Shown: positions 12,818-26,562 of the stretch, piece by piece
How the letters are laid out: the number at the start of each line of letters is the position of its first letter
Position numbering within the stretch: position 1 is the first letter of the stretch
Assembly (NCBI RefSeq): GCF_963921235.1
Contig: NC_086108.1
Location: 84,322,001-84,386,000, forward strand
Source: Mobula hypostoma
Taxonomy: Eukaryota
DNA length: 64,000 nt
Direction: 5' to 3'
Position numbers and translations under genes: made by a program
The notes under the pieces: model-generated
What the model saw: only the letters and a program-made list of their open reading frames with translations
Told to the model about the DNA's origin: nothing
The model's database searches: none

Positions 12818-13896
12818 ATTCACTTTTCCATAAAAAACTTTTTAATCAGTTCACAATATTTAGAATATAAATAATTGCACACAAACAGAAATAGCTAATA
12901 AAGTTTTTAGGAGAAATCAAGCATTTTCCCTAATAAAGGAGCCAAGGTGCTAAAGATTCGTTTTTCAATTACAAGTAATTCAGTAATAAAACAAATCAGA
13001 AAAGTCCTTACAAATCTGAGAATTGCCAAGCATAATTTTTCCCTAAAATGTTTTTCTTCACAATTCTCTGGGAATTACTTTAAAGAACTAATGCCATAAA
13101 TATTCTGAAGGTTGTCGAGACTGCTCCATCATCCCAACCAGGACAATATATTTCTCCTCCCATTTTCCACCCATAATAAGAGCTGTTTTGACTCATTGCC
13201 CTTAGATTATGTAAGTTTGACAACCAGGAAGAAAATCATAAATTTCCTGCACTGTGCAAGGGTCCTGGAACCCCAATGCATGTTTCAACCCTGTTGCATT
13301 TACTTTATTTTAAAATGAAAATTATTGAAGAGCTTTAAAGTAGCCCAAGTATTGACTACTTCCTGGAAGCAAACTCTGTGAAAAAGCTATCGATGAACTA
13401 TGCTTTCAAGTTACGCCAGATAGAAAATTTCAAGAAGATGGGTAACATACAAAATGCTAGAGGAACTCAGCAGGCCATGCAGCACCTATGGAGAAGAGCA
13501 AAGAGTCAACATTTCGGCCCAAGACCCTTCATCAGGACTGGAGAAAAACAATGAGAATTCAGAGTAAGAAGGTGTCAGGAGGGGAGGAAAAGTACAAGGC
13601 AGTAGGTGATAGGTGAAACCTGGAGACAGGATGGGGTGAAGTAGAGAACTGAGATGTTGATTGGTGAAATGGATAAAAGGCTAGAGAACGGGGAATCTAA
13701 CTGGAGAGGGCAGAAGGCCATGGAAGAAAAGAAAGGGGAACCTGCACCAGAGTGAAGGGATGGGCAGGTAGGGAGATAAGATAAGACAGGGAAATGGGAA
13801 TGGACAATGGTGATGGGAAATTACCAGAAGTTCGAGAAACCCATGTTCATGCCATCAGGTTGGATACTACCCAGACAGAATATAAGGTGTTGCTCC

Positions 13897-14685
13897 TGTC
13901 ACGTGTCCAGCAACAATGGATATTAAATTGAGTCAGGTTATATAAACAAACAACAATATTTATTAACCTCTACTCAAAACATAGGAAAGTAAACAAACTA
14001 GCTTAACCGGAAGTTAACCATTACGCGGCTATCTCGAACAAACAGTCAAACTTAGGAATAGTTTTAACGAGTTCTCATTCACACACAGTCTTAAAGTAGT
14101 AAGTTGAAAAGTCCAACAGATTTCTTTACAGTCTTTACGGAGAGACTTCACTGCAGCAACAGTTCCTCCGAAGTAAATGACGAATCTGCCAATCGCAGTC
14201 GAGCGATGCCTTGTTGAAGCAATCACAAAGAAATAAAGGAACTGACCTTTCGGCTGGAGAGTGGACACTACACAAACCATCCTGACCTTGCAGGGGTTTT
14301 AACTCAAACGTGCCTGCCACAATTTCCCGAACGAAGATTAAAAAGGTCGATCATTCCCAAGAAGCTGAACGACATTAACTTTACCCGACCATTTGTTCCT
14401 GTACTTTGGTAAGGTCTTCACTCTCTAATACTAGACTGTAAAGGTAAAACAAAGGTGCAACAAACAAAAACTGGCAGTGACTGGCGAAACTGCCGGCAAC
14501 AATATTTGCACCTTAAAATAGAAAGTAAAACTGTGTCACACTTTAGCGGCCTCCTTAAATACCGTAAGGAACATGCCCTCACGTGACATAACATCACCCC
14601 ATGATCATGAGACAATTACATCATCCCACTCATAAGACCATTACATCATCCCACTGTACCGTGATCAAACTGTGAGCATGTAACA
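13897..14685 (-). mobile_element. Solo LTR (789 bp, Gypsy-type)
   Basis: TGTCACGTG...CATGTAACA termini; 4-bp TSD CTCC; minus-strand AATAAA near 13960; splits the PLE GIY-YIG region. Confidence 0.85.
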
Positions 14686-14949
14686 CTCCTCCAACCTGAG
14701 TGTGGCCTCATCGCAGTGGAGGAGGCCATGGATTGACATGTCAGAATGGGAATGGGAAGTAGAATTAAAATGGGTGGCCACTGGGAAATCCCGCTTTTTC
14801 CAGCGGACGGAGCATAAGTGCTCAGCGATGTGATCTTCCAACCTAGGTCAGGCCTAACCAATATACACAGGAGGCCACAACAGGAGCACCAGATACAGTA
14901 GATGCCCAAAAAGACTCACAGGTGAAGTGTTTGCTTCACCTGGAAGGAT

Positions 14950-15381
14950 TATATGAGGCCGTGGGGTTGTATACACTGGAATTTAGAAGGATGAGAGGGG
15001 ATCTGATTGAAACATTTAAGACTATTAAGGGATTGGACATGCTAGAGGCAGGAAACATGTTCCCGATGTTGGGGGAGTCCAGAACGAGAGGCCACAGTTT
15101 AAGAATAAGGGGTAGACAATTTAGAACGGAGTTGAGGAAAAACTTTTTCACCCAGAGGGTTGTGGTTCTGTGGAATGCTCTGCCTCAGAAGGCAGTGGAG
15201 GCCAATTCTCTGGATTCTTTCGAGAAAGAGTTAGATAGAGCTCTTAAAGATAGCAGAGTGAAGGGATATGGGGAGAAGGCAGGAAAAGGGTACTGATTGT
15301 GGATGATCTGCCATGATCACAGTGAATGGTGGTGCTGGCTTGAAGGGCTGAATGGCCTACTCCTGCACCTATTGTCTATTG
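14950..15381 (+). mobile_element. CR1 LINE 3' end nested in the PLE
   Basis: GLYTLEFRRMRGDLIETFK...ESRTRGHSLRI...FFTQRVV; CR1 tail GAATGGCCTACTCCTGCACCTATTGTCTATTG. Confidence 0.9.
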
Positions 15382-18300
15382 AATAGTAGTGAGGAAGGAG
15401 GTGTAGCACTTGTTCCGCTTGCAAGGATAATTACCAGGAGGGAGACCAGTGGCAAGGGTTGAATAGACACGTGAGTCGTGTAGGAAGTGATCCCTACAGA
15501 AAGCAGAAACAGGCGGGGGGGGGGGAAGGAAAGATATGCTTGGTGGTGGGATCCTATTGGAGATGGTGGAAGTTACAGAGAATTATGTACTGGATGCTGA
15601 GGCTAGTGGGTGGTAGGTGAGAACAAGAGAAACCCTATCCCTGGTGGGGTGGCAGGAAGATGGGGTGAGGGTTGATGTGCGTGAAATGAAAGAGATGTGG
15701 TTGAGGGCTGCGTTGAATGTGGAGAAATGGAAGCCCTTTTCTTTGAAGGAGGACATTTCCTTTGTTCTGGAATTAAAAGCCTCTTTCTGAGAGCAGATAT
15801 GGTGGAGATGGAGGAATTGAGAGAAAGGAATGCTGTTTATACAAATATCAGGGTGGGCCAAAGTAGCTGTGAGAATCAGTGGGTTTATAAAAGATATCAG
15901 TAGATGAGCTGTCAAAAAGGCAGGCATAGCTGAGACCCATGCTACACCTTCTGTTTGAAGTGAGAGGAGCTGAAGGAGAAATTATTATTTTAGAGTGAGG
16001 ACCATTTCCACCAGATGGAGGAGAGTAGTTGTGGAGGGGAACATGTTGTGTCTGATGACCAGAAAGAAGCCGAAAGTTTTGAGGCCTTCCTGATGGTGGA
16101 TGGAGATGTATAGGGACTGAACATCCATCATGAAAATGAGACAAATGGGGTTCCAGAACTTGAAATCACTGAACAGATCAAGAGCATGTGAAGTGTCACA
16201 GAGGTAGGTAGAAAGGGACTGAACCAGGGGGTATAAAACAGTCAAGAGATAGAGATACAAGTTCAGTGGGGCAGGAACAAGCAGAAACAATGGGTCTACC
16301 TGGGCAAGCAGGTTTGTGGATCTTAGATTGGAGGCAGAAATGGGAGGTGTGCGGTAAGGGAACAATGAGATTGGTGGCCATGGATGGGAAATCCCCAGGG
16401 TTAATAAGATCGGTGATGGTGTGGGTGACAATGGCCTGCTGCTCCTTAGTGGGGTCCTGTTCAACGGATAAGAAAGAGAAGGTGTCTGAGAGTTATCACC
16501 TGGCCTAGGAAAGGTAGAAGTCAGCCTGCCAGACTACTACAACACCTCCCCTTATCTGCAGGGTTGAAGCTGAGGTTAGGATTAGTGTGGAAAGAGTGGA
16601 GACCAGTGGGTTCAGAAGGAGTGAGGTTAGAATTCGAGAGAGGAGTGCTGAAGTCAGATCGGTTGATGTCTCGCAAGCAGTTAGCACTGAAAAGATCCAG
16701 GGCCAGCAGAAGACCAGATTGGGATTTCCAGGAAGAGGAGAAGGGTTGAAGACAGGAGAAGGAGTCATCAGCGAGGACTGGAGAGTCCTTGCCAATGAAG
16801 TAGACACAGAGACGGAAGCGGTGGAAGAAGAGCTTAGAGTCATGGCAGGTGCAGAACTCACTGAGGTGTGGGCACAAGAGGACAAAGGTGAGGCCCTTAC
16901 TGAGGACACAACATTCTGCCTCAGAGAGGGGAAGGTCAGAGAGGATGGTGAAGAACCAGTATGGATGAGAGCCAGGATCAGAGGAGGGAAGTATCTGAGG
17001 AGAGGGGAGGGTTGGGGTGTTCAGGGAAGGTGGGGTGGGAGGAAGATGAAATCTCTGAAGATCGAAGAACTGGCGGTGGGACCAGAGAGAATCAGGATTG
17101 TAGAGTGGTGGTGGGGGAAGGGGAGACTGGGGTTCCAGCGTCAGCACGTAAAGTCACGGCCTGGAGGTGCTGTTGATCAAGGTGCAAGCTGGGGTTGGAG
17201 GTTGTGCAATAGGGTCTTTGAAGGTGTCCAAGGTCATTGGAACCTGCATTGATGGCGGTGGAGTCTGGGATCCGAATCTGCTCAGGATTGTTAAAACCGT
17301 TGAGGTTGGCAACAGAGATTGCAGTCTGGGGTATTGTGGCTGCCAGCGTTGGAGATGGCAAATTCTGTGGTCTGTGAAGGGCCGATCTTCTGATCCTTGC
17401 TGGATGTGAGAACGGCAAAGAACCAGCGACTGAAAGCGTGGGTCTGACCGAGAATAAAGTATCGGGCAGGACCATTACAGGTGGTGGAGAAAGAGTCTCG
17501 GAGCTGTGGAAGCGACAGGGATAGGGACACTGCATACCCCCTCAAGGTGGAAAGCGCAGCATGTAGAATGCAGCGGCAGAAACAGTCAATTGGATGTGAA
17601 TACCTGGGGTCCTCAAAGGGTCCAAATCAAAAACCTTGAAAATGGATCTGGAAGCCATGTGGCACAAGATGGCCGTGAAGACATGTTTTCAGGAAGGGTA
17701 CGTGGATGTGGTAGCGGGTCTGAGTGAGCATGTGGTCGAAAAGTCAGAGGGCAGCAGAGATCACAAAGGGGGAGCAGAGAGAGAGGATTTCACTGAACTC
17801 CCGTCCAAGGGAAGATTTGAACTTCTTCAGGGTAGGCATCCCTGGAAGAAACTTTGCTGCGTAGTAGTCGACTCACAAACAAGAGAAAATCTGCAGATGC
17901 CGGAACTCCAAGCAACACACACAAAATGCTGGAGGAACTCAGCAGGCCAGGCAGCATCTATAGAAAAGAATAGTCAGTCGACATTTTGGCCCAAGACCCT
18001 TCATCAGGACTGGAGAAGAAAAGATGAGAAGTCAAAATAAGAAGCTGGTGGGAGGAGAGGAAGAAGTACAAGGTAGTAGGTGATAGGTGAAACTGGCAGG
18101 GAGGAGGTGAAGTAAAGAGCTAGGAGGTCAATTGGTGAAAGAAGTAAAGGACTAGAGAAGGGGGAATCTGATAGAAGACAGAAGACCATGGAAGAAAGAG
18201 AAGGAGGAACACCATAGGGAGGTGATGGACAAGTAGGGAGAGAACGGGAAGCGGGAATGTGGAATGTTGAAGGTGGGAGAAAGGTGCAATTACTGGAAGT

Positions 18301-19944
18301 TCAATAAGTTAATTTTCTGCCATCAGGTAGGAGGCTACCCAGACAAAATATAATGTTTTGCTCCTCCAACCTGAGTGTGGCCTCATTGCAGCAGTAGAGG
18401 AGGCCATGGACTGACAGGTTGGAATGGGAATGGGAAGTACAATTAAAATAGTTGGCCACTGGGAGATCCTGCTTTTTCTGGCGGATGAAGTGTAGGTGCT
18501 CAGCGAACCAGTCTCCCAATCTACGTCAGGTGTCACCAACATACAGGAGGCCACACCAGGAGCACTGGTTAGAGTAGATGACCCCAACGGACTCACATGG
18601 TCATGTGCCGCCTCACCTGTTTGGGGCCCTGAGTAGTAAAGAGGTGGAGCTGTAGGAGCAGGTGTGCCACTGTTCTGCTTGCAAGGGTAAGCACCAGGAG
18701 TGAGATCAATGGGGAGGGTTGAATTGTCAAGGATCACCTCTCCTTCCTTCCCCACTTTCTGCTTTCCACAGGGATCATTCTCTATGGACTCCACTGTCCA
18801 TTCATCCCTCCCCACTGAGCACCTAGAGTCTACTGAGTCGGCCAGAAAAAGCAGGATCTTCCAGTGGCTACCCATTTTGAATTCTACTTCCCATTCTCAT
18901 TCCAACATGTTGGTCTCCTCTCATTCTCATTCCAACATGTGGCCTCCTCTACTGATGCAATGAGGCCACACTCTGGTTGGAGGAGCAAAACATTATATTC
19001 TGTCTGGGTGGCCTCCTACCTGATCTCTGTTTGGTTGGTAAGGTCAGGTACGACCGCCCAGTTTCAGACGCATTGTGACTATGAGCGCTCATCGCCAGCA
19101 GTGCTATGGTTCTTCCTGTGCTCCAGCGCCTCATCTGTTTTTTTGGAAGTCAGGTCTTGTACCTCAAGTTAGGGTGCCGCTTACCGCCCCACCCCTCCCC
19201 CAAGAATCATGAACACCTCCCAGCGACTTCTTTTTCCCCTTACAACATGAACCCCCCTCCCATTGGGAATCACTGTTCTAGCTCAAAGCACCGTGTAATT
19301 ATCTAATCTGTATCAACAGTATGCAAAACAAGCTTTTCATTGTAACTTGATACATGTGACAATAATAAATCAATTCTAGTCTCTGCTGGCCGCAACTTGT
19401 CTTCTGTGCTAATTCCCCATAACCCTCAATTTCGTTCAAATATCTGTGTACCTCCACTTTTGAATTCTGCAGTCCTCAGAGACAGAAAATTCTAGCAATT
19501 CACTGGCCTCTGAGAGAAGAAAAATATTTTGCACTTGGGCCAGCAGCCTTCAATTTGGAAAATAATAATTTGAAGTATAGTATACTTTCAAGTTTCTCAC
19601 TTTCATCCCTATGGCATTTGCAGATGAAATTGGCACATTTGGTAAACAGAAACTAAATGCGCCTGGTAAGACTGCATCATAAGAACAAGACAAGGAGCAT
19701 CCTCTAAGAAAAGGGAAATACTTCCTAAATGGATAAGCCTTTGGACTTCTCCTCCACGGCCAACCCAAGTTATTTTTTGACCAATTGGAACCACCATCTA
19801 CCCTGTCACCCAAAGGGTTCTCCTCTTCCCTGGTCATAATGCAGTTTTTAATCTCCAGTTCCTCTGTTTCTGATATTTCTTATATATCCTTCTGTACTTC
19901 ACTTTATTGAATCTTGATACCAACCTGTTCCAAGGAGATTCAAG

Positions 19945-20869
19945 GAGAACCTGATCATTAAATTTGCTGATGATACCACAGTGGTGGGGCTCATCAGCAA
20001 AAATGATGAAACAATGTACAGGGAGGAGGTCAAACACCCAGAGAGCTGGTGCAGGGATAACAACTTGATGCTCAATGTCACCAAAACCAAGGAGATGATC
20101 GTCGATTTCAGACGGTCTCAGCCTGAGCACACACCCCTCAGCATCAGCAGCTCCACAGTGGAGAGAGTGGAAAACATCAAGTTCCTTGGGGTGCAGATCT
20201 CGGACAATCTCACTTGGTCCAGGAACACCACTGGGATTGTGAAACAGGCCCAGCAGAGATTACACTTCTGAGGAAGCTTAAACAAGCATCACTCCCCACT
20301 AACATCTTAACTACATTCTACAGAGGCATGGTTGAGAGTGTGCTGACCTTTTGCATCACAACCTGGTACTCCAGCTGCAGTGCTGTCGACAAAAAAGCCT
20401 TGCAGAGGGTGGTTAGGGGAGCAGAGAAGGTTATTGGGGTCTCCCTACCTTCTGTCCAAGACCTCTTTCAGAGTCGATGCCTCCAGAAGACACGGTACAT
20501 CATTAAAGACTCCTCACACCCTCTCCATGAACTGTTTGTTCTTCTGCCATCAGGCAAACATTACAGGAGCATCAAAACTAAAAACACAAGGCTACTAAAC
20601 AGCTTCCTTCCACAGGTAGTCAGACTGCTAAATAGCTGCTCTACCTGACTCTGCTTTGGACACTTTTAACTTGCACTGGACACTTATAACTGATTTTAAC
20701 TGACATGTGGCTGTTGTGTTTTACTATTTATTGTTATGTTTATTATTTAGTGTTGCATTTATGTTATGATTGCACTGCTCCTGGGAAACGCTGTCTCATT
20801 CTGCCCTGCAGAGCTGATGTACGGTTAGAATGACAATAAAGTTTTTTTGAATCTTTTGAATCTTGAATC
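19945..20869 (+). mobile_element. Rex1/Babar-like LINE, RT C-terminal half and 3' tail
   Basis: IKFADDTTVVGLIS...WCRDNNLMLNVTKTKEMIVDFRR; DSSHPLHELFVLLPSGK; (TTGAATC)n tail. Confidence 0.9.
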
Positions 20870-21353
20870 CAGAAATGGATAGAAAATTTACCTGACTGTC
20901 ACTTAAATTTAACTATGTGCAGTAAATATTTTGAAACCAGAGACATACACTTTAAAACAAGAGAAGAGTGTAACAAGAAGAAAATTGCATTTATTTCATT
21001 GGAGGAACAACCTGTTTGCCTCACAGAATATGCACTTCAATAAGAGAGTAGTTTCCAAACCAAAATAAATGAGCCCCTTTGAAGTTAACCTTACTTAAGT
21101 AACCAGTTGGTTTAATTGTAATTTTTCATTGCTAATGAGCACTTTGCTTGGGAATATCCAAATCTGTTTATTACTAGTTAAGCTATTGTAGATCATTTAA
21201 TTTTCATTTATGAGCTGACCAAAATGCAACAGACCTATGAGTTCAAAAAGTAATTTTTTGGCAGTCACATAGGATCACGTGGAAACTCAGTGATTTTTTT
21301 TTTGGTAATGCTTATTGAAGTCATTGACGTCAAATCTGTACCTAGTTTTTGAA

Positions 21354-21797
21354 AGTCTGCAGATGCTGGAAATCCAATCAACACACACAAAATGCTGAAG
21401 GAACTCAGCAGGCCAGGAGGCATCTATGGAAAAGAGTAAACAGTCAACGTTCCAGGCCAAGACCCTTCATCAGGACTGGAGAAAAAAAATGAGGAGTCCG
21501 GATAAGAAGATGGGAGGGAGGAAGAAGTACAAGGTGATAGGTGGTAGGGGAAACCCACAGAGGTGGAGGTGTGAAGCAAAGAGCTAGGAAGTGGATTGGT
21601 GAAAGAGATAAAGGACTAGGGAAGGGGGAATCTGATAGGAGAGGACAGAAGGCCATGGAAAAAAGGGAAGGGAGAGGAGCACCAGAGGGAGGTGACGGAT
21701 TGGTAAGGAGATAAGGTGAGAGAGGGAAATGGGAATGGGGAATGGTACAGTAAAGGGGGGAGGGGCAGGGGGTTGGCAATTACCAGAAGTTTGAGAA
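21354..21797 (-). mobile_element. PLE 3' terminus with decayed hammerhead (21442-21477)
   Basis: Homologous to 13441-13830; core CTGATGA kept, GAAA changed to GGAA. Confidence 0.85.
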
Positions 21798-22600
21798 AAT
21801 CCTTGTGCAGGATTCCCTAAAAGTTAATTTGTAGGTTGAGTCTGTGGTGAGGAAGGCAAATGCGTTCATTCATTTCAAGAGGACCAGAATATAAAAGTAA
21901 GATATAATGTTGAGACTTTATAGAGCACTGGCGAGGCCTCACTTGGAGTATTGTGGGCAGTTTTGGGCCCCTTGTCTAAGAACGGAAGTGCTGAAATTGG
22001 GTTTTGTGTTGTCTTACGTAGCCTAGTGTAGCCTTGTATTGTCTTACATAGTCTAGTGTAGTTTTGTGTTGTTTCATGTAGCACCAGGGTCCTGGAGGAA
22101 CATTCTTTAGTTTTTACTGTGTACTGTACCAGTAGTTTATGGTCGAAATGACAATAAAAAGCGACTTGACTTGACTTGACTTGAGGAAGTTCACAAAAAC
22201 AATTCCACGATATGAAGAGCATTTGATGGCTCTGGGCCTGTATTCACTATAATTCAGAAGACTAAGCGGTGACCTAATTGAAACTTTTGGCCTTGATAGT
22301 GGATGTGAAGAGGATGTTTCCTATAGTTGAAGAGTCTAAAAGCAAGGGAAGAATTTCTTTAGCCAGGGAGTGGTGAATCTGTGGAATTCTTTGCCACAGG
22401 CAGTCATGGAGGCCAAATCTTTAAGTATACTTAAGGAAGAGTTTGATAGGTTCTTGATTGGTCAGAGCATGAAGGGATATGGGGAGAAGACAGGAGATTG
22501 GGGCTGAGAGGAAAATTGAATCAGCCATGATGAAATGGTGGAACAGACTCTATGGGCCAAATGGCCTAATTCTACTCCTATATCTTATTGACTTATGGTC
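21798..22600 (+). mobile_element. CR1 3' fragment with a nested LINE tail (about 21995-22183, ending in (GACTT)n)
   Basis: LYRALARPHLEYCGQFWAP motif; CR1 tail CCAAATGGCCTAATTCTACTCCTATATCTTAT. Confidence 0.8.
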
Positions 22601-23261
22601 AATTACATCAGATAACGTTTCCAAGAAGCCCATTATTAAAATTAGAGAAAACTGAGCTTAGAAAACTCTCCTTTTGTGCACTAGGTCAGTTTCAGCTTCA
22701 TTTGTCCCTTTGAAAATTAGATATTGTGTCCACAGGTAACTATGGCAAGTTTTTTTGCTGTCAGTTGTGAATTAAACATGGGAATATAATAAACACTTCA
22801 TGATTTGTTTGTGTGCGTGTGTGTGTGTGTGTTTGTGTGTGGTTTGTTACTCTTGTTGGCGTTGCATGATTTTTTTTCTCGTGTTGGGGGCAGGTTTGAC
22901 GATCCTGTTGCTGCTCTTTTCCACAGTTTGTTTTCATTGGGTGGGGGGAGGAGAAGATGAGTTTCTTTTAACAAGACCATGGTGTTCTTTGTTTCATGGT
23001 TATCTGGAGAAGACGAATCCCAGAGTTGTATACTTCGTACATACTTAAATAATAAAATGAACCTTTGAACCAGGTAGAGATCTATTTACTGTACTGAATA
23101 TAATCAATTCCATGGAATGCTTTCTGTGATTTGAAGATGTTAGGGATCACTATGTAGCTATAACATTATGAATAGCATAATTATGGATTTACTGAAATAA
23201 GAATCAGTCTTCAAGAAATAAAACCTGGCAACACAGCAGTTAGTGTAATGCTATTACAGGG

Positions 23262-24030
23262 CCAGCTTCCTCAGCACTACCGGCCCCTCCACCTATCTTC
23301 GTATCATCAGCAAACTTAGCCACAAAGCCATCTATTCCATAATCCAAATCGTTGATGTACAATTTAAAAAGAAGCGGCCCCAACACTGATCCCTGTGGAA
23401 CACCACTGGTAACCGGCAGCCAACCAGAATAGGATCCCTTTATTCCCACTCTCTGTTTCCTGCCAATCAGCCAATGCCCTATCCACGTATGTAACTTTCC
23501 CGTAATTCCATGGGCTCTTATCTTGTTAAGTAGCCTCATGTGTGGCACCTTGTCAAAGGCCTTCTGAAAATCCAAATATACAACATCCACTGCATCTCCC
23601 TTGTCTAGCCTACTTGTAATTTCCTCAAAAAATTGTAATAGGTCTGTCATGCAGGATTTTCCTTTAAGGAATCCATGCTGAATTCTGCCTCCAGGTAATC
23701 TGTAACCTCATCCTTGACAATCGACTCCAACAACTTCCCAACCACCAATGTCAAGCTAACAGGTCTATAATTTCCTTTTTGCTTCCTTGCCCCCTTCTTA
23801 AACAGCGGAGTGACATTTGCAATCTTCCAGTCTTCCGGAACCATGCCAGAATCTATCGACTTTTGAAAGATCATCGCTAATGCCTCCGCAATCTCCACAG
23901 CTACTTCCTTCAGAACACAAGGGTGCATTCCATCTGGTCCGGGAGATTTATCTACCTTTAGCCTATTCAGCTTCCTGAGTACTTTCTCTGTCGTAATTGT
24001 GACTGCGCACACTTCTCTTCCCTGCCACCC
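23262..24030 (-). mobile_element. CR1 LINE RT fragment
   Basis: [55 protein letters not shown]. Confidence 0.95.
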
Positions 24031-25489
24031 TTTAAGCGCTATAAAATAACAAGAAGCCTAGATATGATGAGCAAGGCTGAAACAAAAATGCATTCCACCA
24101 CAGCAGTGACTAAAGAGCATTGGTTTTATTGGTAGTTGATGGAAAATAAGAAATATACTTCCTCTCAAAGAGTGGTGAGGGTTTAGTACTCGGTGCCTAA
24201 AAGGAGCACTGAAATCTTCAGCAAGTTCTAAAAATTCTGAAAGCATTTTATCTGCTGTGGTCTGCAACACCCCAGACCAAGAGTTGAGCTTTGTCTGACT
24301 CTGGACAACAAGGATTCCAGGACACAAAGGGCCTCCGCCCATGCTGTAAATGTCTTTAGATTTCATTGCTCTTGAGCACAAATATAAACCATAAAATGTT
24401 CCAGGCATTCAAGGAAACAAAACTTAGAAATACTTTGACACCACTAAAAATATTGGATATTATATTATAATGGATAACGACTAAAGAGAATGACTTGCTT
24501 CTGCTGCTCTTCAATAGATTCTAATCCCATGTGGGATCTAAAGACTATGAATAGGGCCTGACCCAGTGTAGCTTTCACCATGAGCTGAGTTATTCAGGAT
24601 TAATAAGAAGTAATCCAGTCTGGAATTTGAAGGAATGCTGAATAAGTAATCAAGATATTAAAGATATATCTCCAATCCCCATTTATATTTAGCCATAAGT
24701 CCAAAGGAGCATTTAATAAAAAATGGTGTTTTCTTTGTGCCCTGACAAATGAAAAGGTGGCAATCCAATTCTTTATGTCATTGAAAACATTATGCATTAT
24801 ATTTGTATGTAAGTAAACATCATATCTGTATTCAAGATACCATTTTGACCTTCAATCCAATCAAGCATTACATTAAACCTGTCTCTGATTGCCATCTTCT
24901 AGCTAATAACAGACCAAAAGTTAAAAGCACTGTAGATTTCTACCTCCGTTTTAGGCACAATACCAGACTCCTACCACTCTTTTGAGTGAAGATAATTTTC
25001 CTTAACTGGGTTTTAAATCTTCAAGCTACATGAGAGCAGATTGACCGGCCTTTTAGCTTATTTTCCCCACATGAATGGTAAAAGGCATTTCAAAATATGA
25101 TTAAACTGGAAGTGGTTTGGGATGGATAAACAATATAGAATACATTTTTAATGTATATCTTCCTGCACTTTGGTGCAGAGTTATTTTTTCACTCTCACTG
25201 CACTCTTTCAACTCTCCCATCCCGACCCTAGCCTATTTTTGAAACAATTTTAATTGGACCATTATTTGAGTCAGTATTTGCAATTGAACCAATGTACCTG
25301 CTTTCAAATTTAACAGCATATCGAATAAGAGCCAAAGGAAGCCCTTTTTCATTACATTTCCATCACTTTGTAGCTCATTCTCCAAGTATATGCTGCTATG
25401 TGGTCAGTGTTTAAGTCTGGACCTAGTTTACAATATATTCAGATTTGGATGACACTTAAAAAGTGATATAATAATAAATGGTAATCATA

Positions 25490-26060
25490 AGCAACACAAA
25501 CAAAATGCTGGAGAAATTCAGCAAGTCAACCAGCATCTATGGAAAAGAGTAAACAAACAAGACTTTCCACCAAAGGACTGAGAAAGAAGAGGGGAAGGTG
25601 CCTGATTGAAAAGGTGAGGGGAGGGGAAAGAAGCTAACTGGATGGTGATAGGTGAAGCTATATGGGTGGGAAAAGTCAAGAGCTGGAGAAGAAAGGGTCT
25701 AATAGGAGAGGAGAGTGGATAATAAGAGAAAAGGAACAGGAGGGGACTCAGGGGTTTATAAATTGGCAGGTGAGAAGAAGTGAATGGTCAGAGTGAGGAA
25801 TGGTGGGGGAGAGGGGTGGAATTTCGTTCACCAGAAGAAAAAACCAATATTTATATCAACAGGTTGGAGGGAACCTAGACAGAATATAAGATGTTGCTCC
25901 TCCACCCTGAGGGTGGTCTCACCTTGGCACAAGAGGAGGCCATGGATCGACATATCAGCACGGGAAAGGGAATTGGAATTAAATTGCTTAGCTACTGGGG
26001 AGTCCTGCTTGTGATAGATGGTGTTGGTCCTCCACCCTGAGGGTGCTTTCATCTTGGCAC
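25490..26060 (-). mobile_element. Degenerate PLE 3' terminus and GIY-YIG end (hammerhead mostly deleted)
   Basis: QDSPVAKQFNS...HGLLLCQGETTLRVEEQHLIFCLGSLQP. Confidence 0.8.
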
Positions 26061-26191
26061 AATGGCAATGATATCTGCATTTTTAAACGAGGTGTGGTAC
26101 CCTTATCAAATGAACTTCATCTTTTCATAGGAATTTTACTAATTGTGACATTATTACCAATTTAATGCAGATTCCCATTTGTACTCAAGTA

Positions 26192-26505
26192 AAGTAAAGG
26201 CATCCGTTAGTCTTGCGAGACCACAGATCTGCGCCTGGGAAGTCTTCGCTCTCCAGGGTGCAGGCCTGGGCAAGGTTGTATGGAAGACCAGCTGTTGCCT
26301 ATGCTGCAAGTCTTCCCTCTCCATGACACCAATGTTGTCCAAGGGAAGGGCATTAGGCCCATACAGCTTGGCACCAGTGTCGTCGTAGAGCAATGTGTGA
26401 TTAAGTGCCTTGCTCAAGGACACAACACGCTGCCTCGGCTGGAGCTCGTACTCACAACCTTCAGGTCGCTAGTCCAATGCCTTAACCACTTGGCCACGTG
26501 CCCAC
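26192..26505 (-). mobile_element. tRNA-derived SINE with CORE-like middle and RTE-like tail
   Basis: Head GTGGGCACGTGGCCAAGTGGTTAAGGC (A box), TGTGTCCTTGAGCAAGGCACTTAA core, 9-bp TSD ACTCAAGTA. Confidence 0.85.
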
Positions 26506-26562
26506 ACTCAAGTAGATGCTGAGGTTATTTTTGAATTACTGCAGGGTTTGTGGTTCACTCTA

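Larger units (their letters stand above)
13441..19025 (-). mobile_element. Near full-length Penelope-like element in partial-tandem form with inverted 5' segment (degraded, two nested insertions)
   Basis: 3' terminus and hammerhead (13504-13539); GIY-YIG, RT (MMDVQSLY, 15985-16464) and N-terminal region to about 17870; second terminus, hammerhead (17976-18011) and GIY-YIG to about 18720; then plus-strand PLE sequence 18738-19025. Confidence 0.85.

Noticed and set aside
16587..17252. 221-aa plus-strand ORF
   Set aside because: Antisense shadow of the Penelope ORF
19550..19880. Unique-looking minus-strand ORF (about 95-110 aa)
   Set aside because: No recognisable domain or convincing splice sites; the RGCSL resemblance to GDNF-family ligands does not extend
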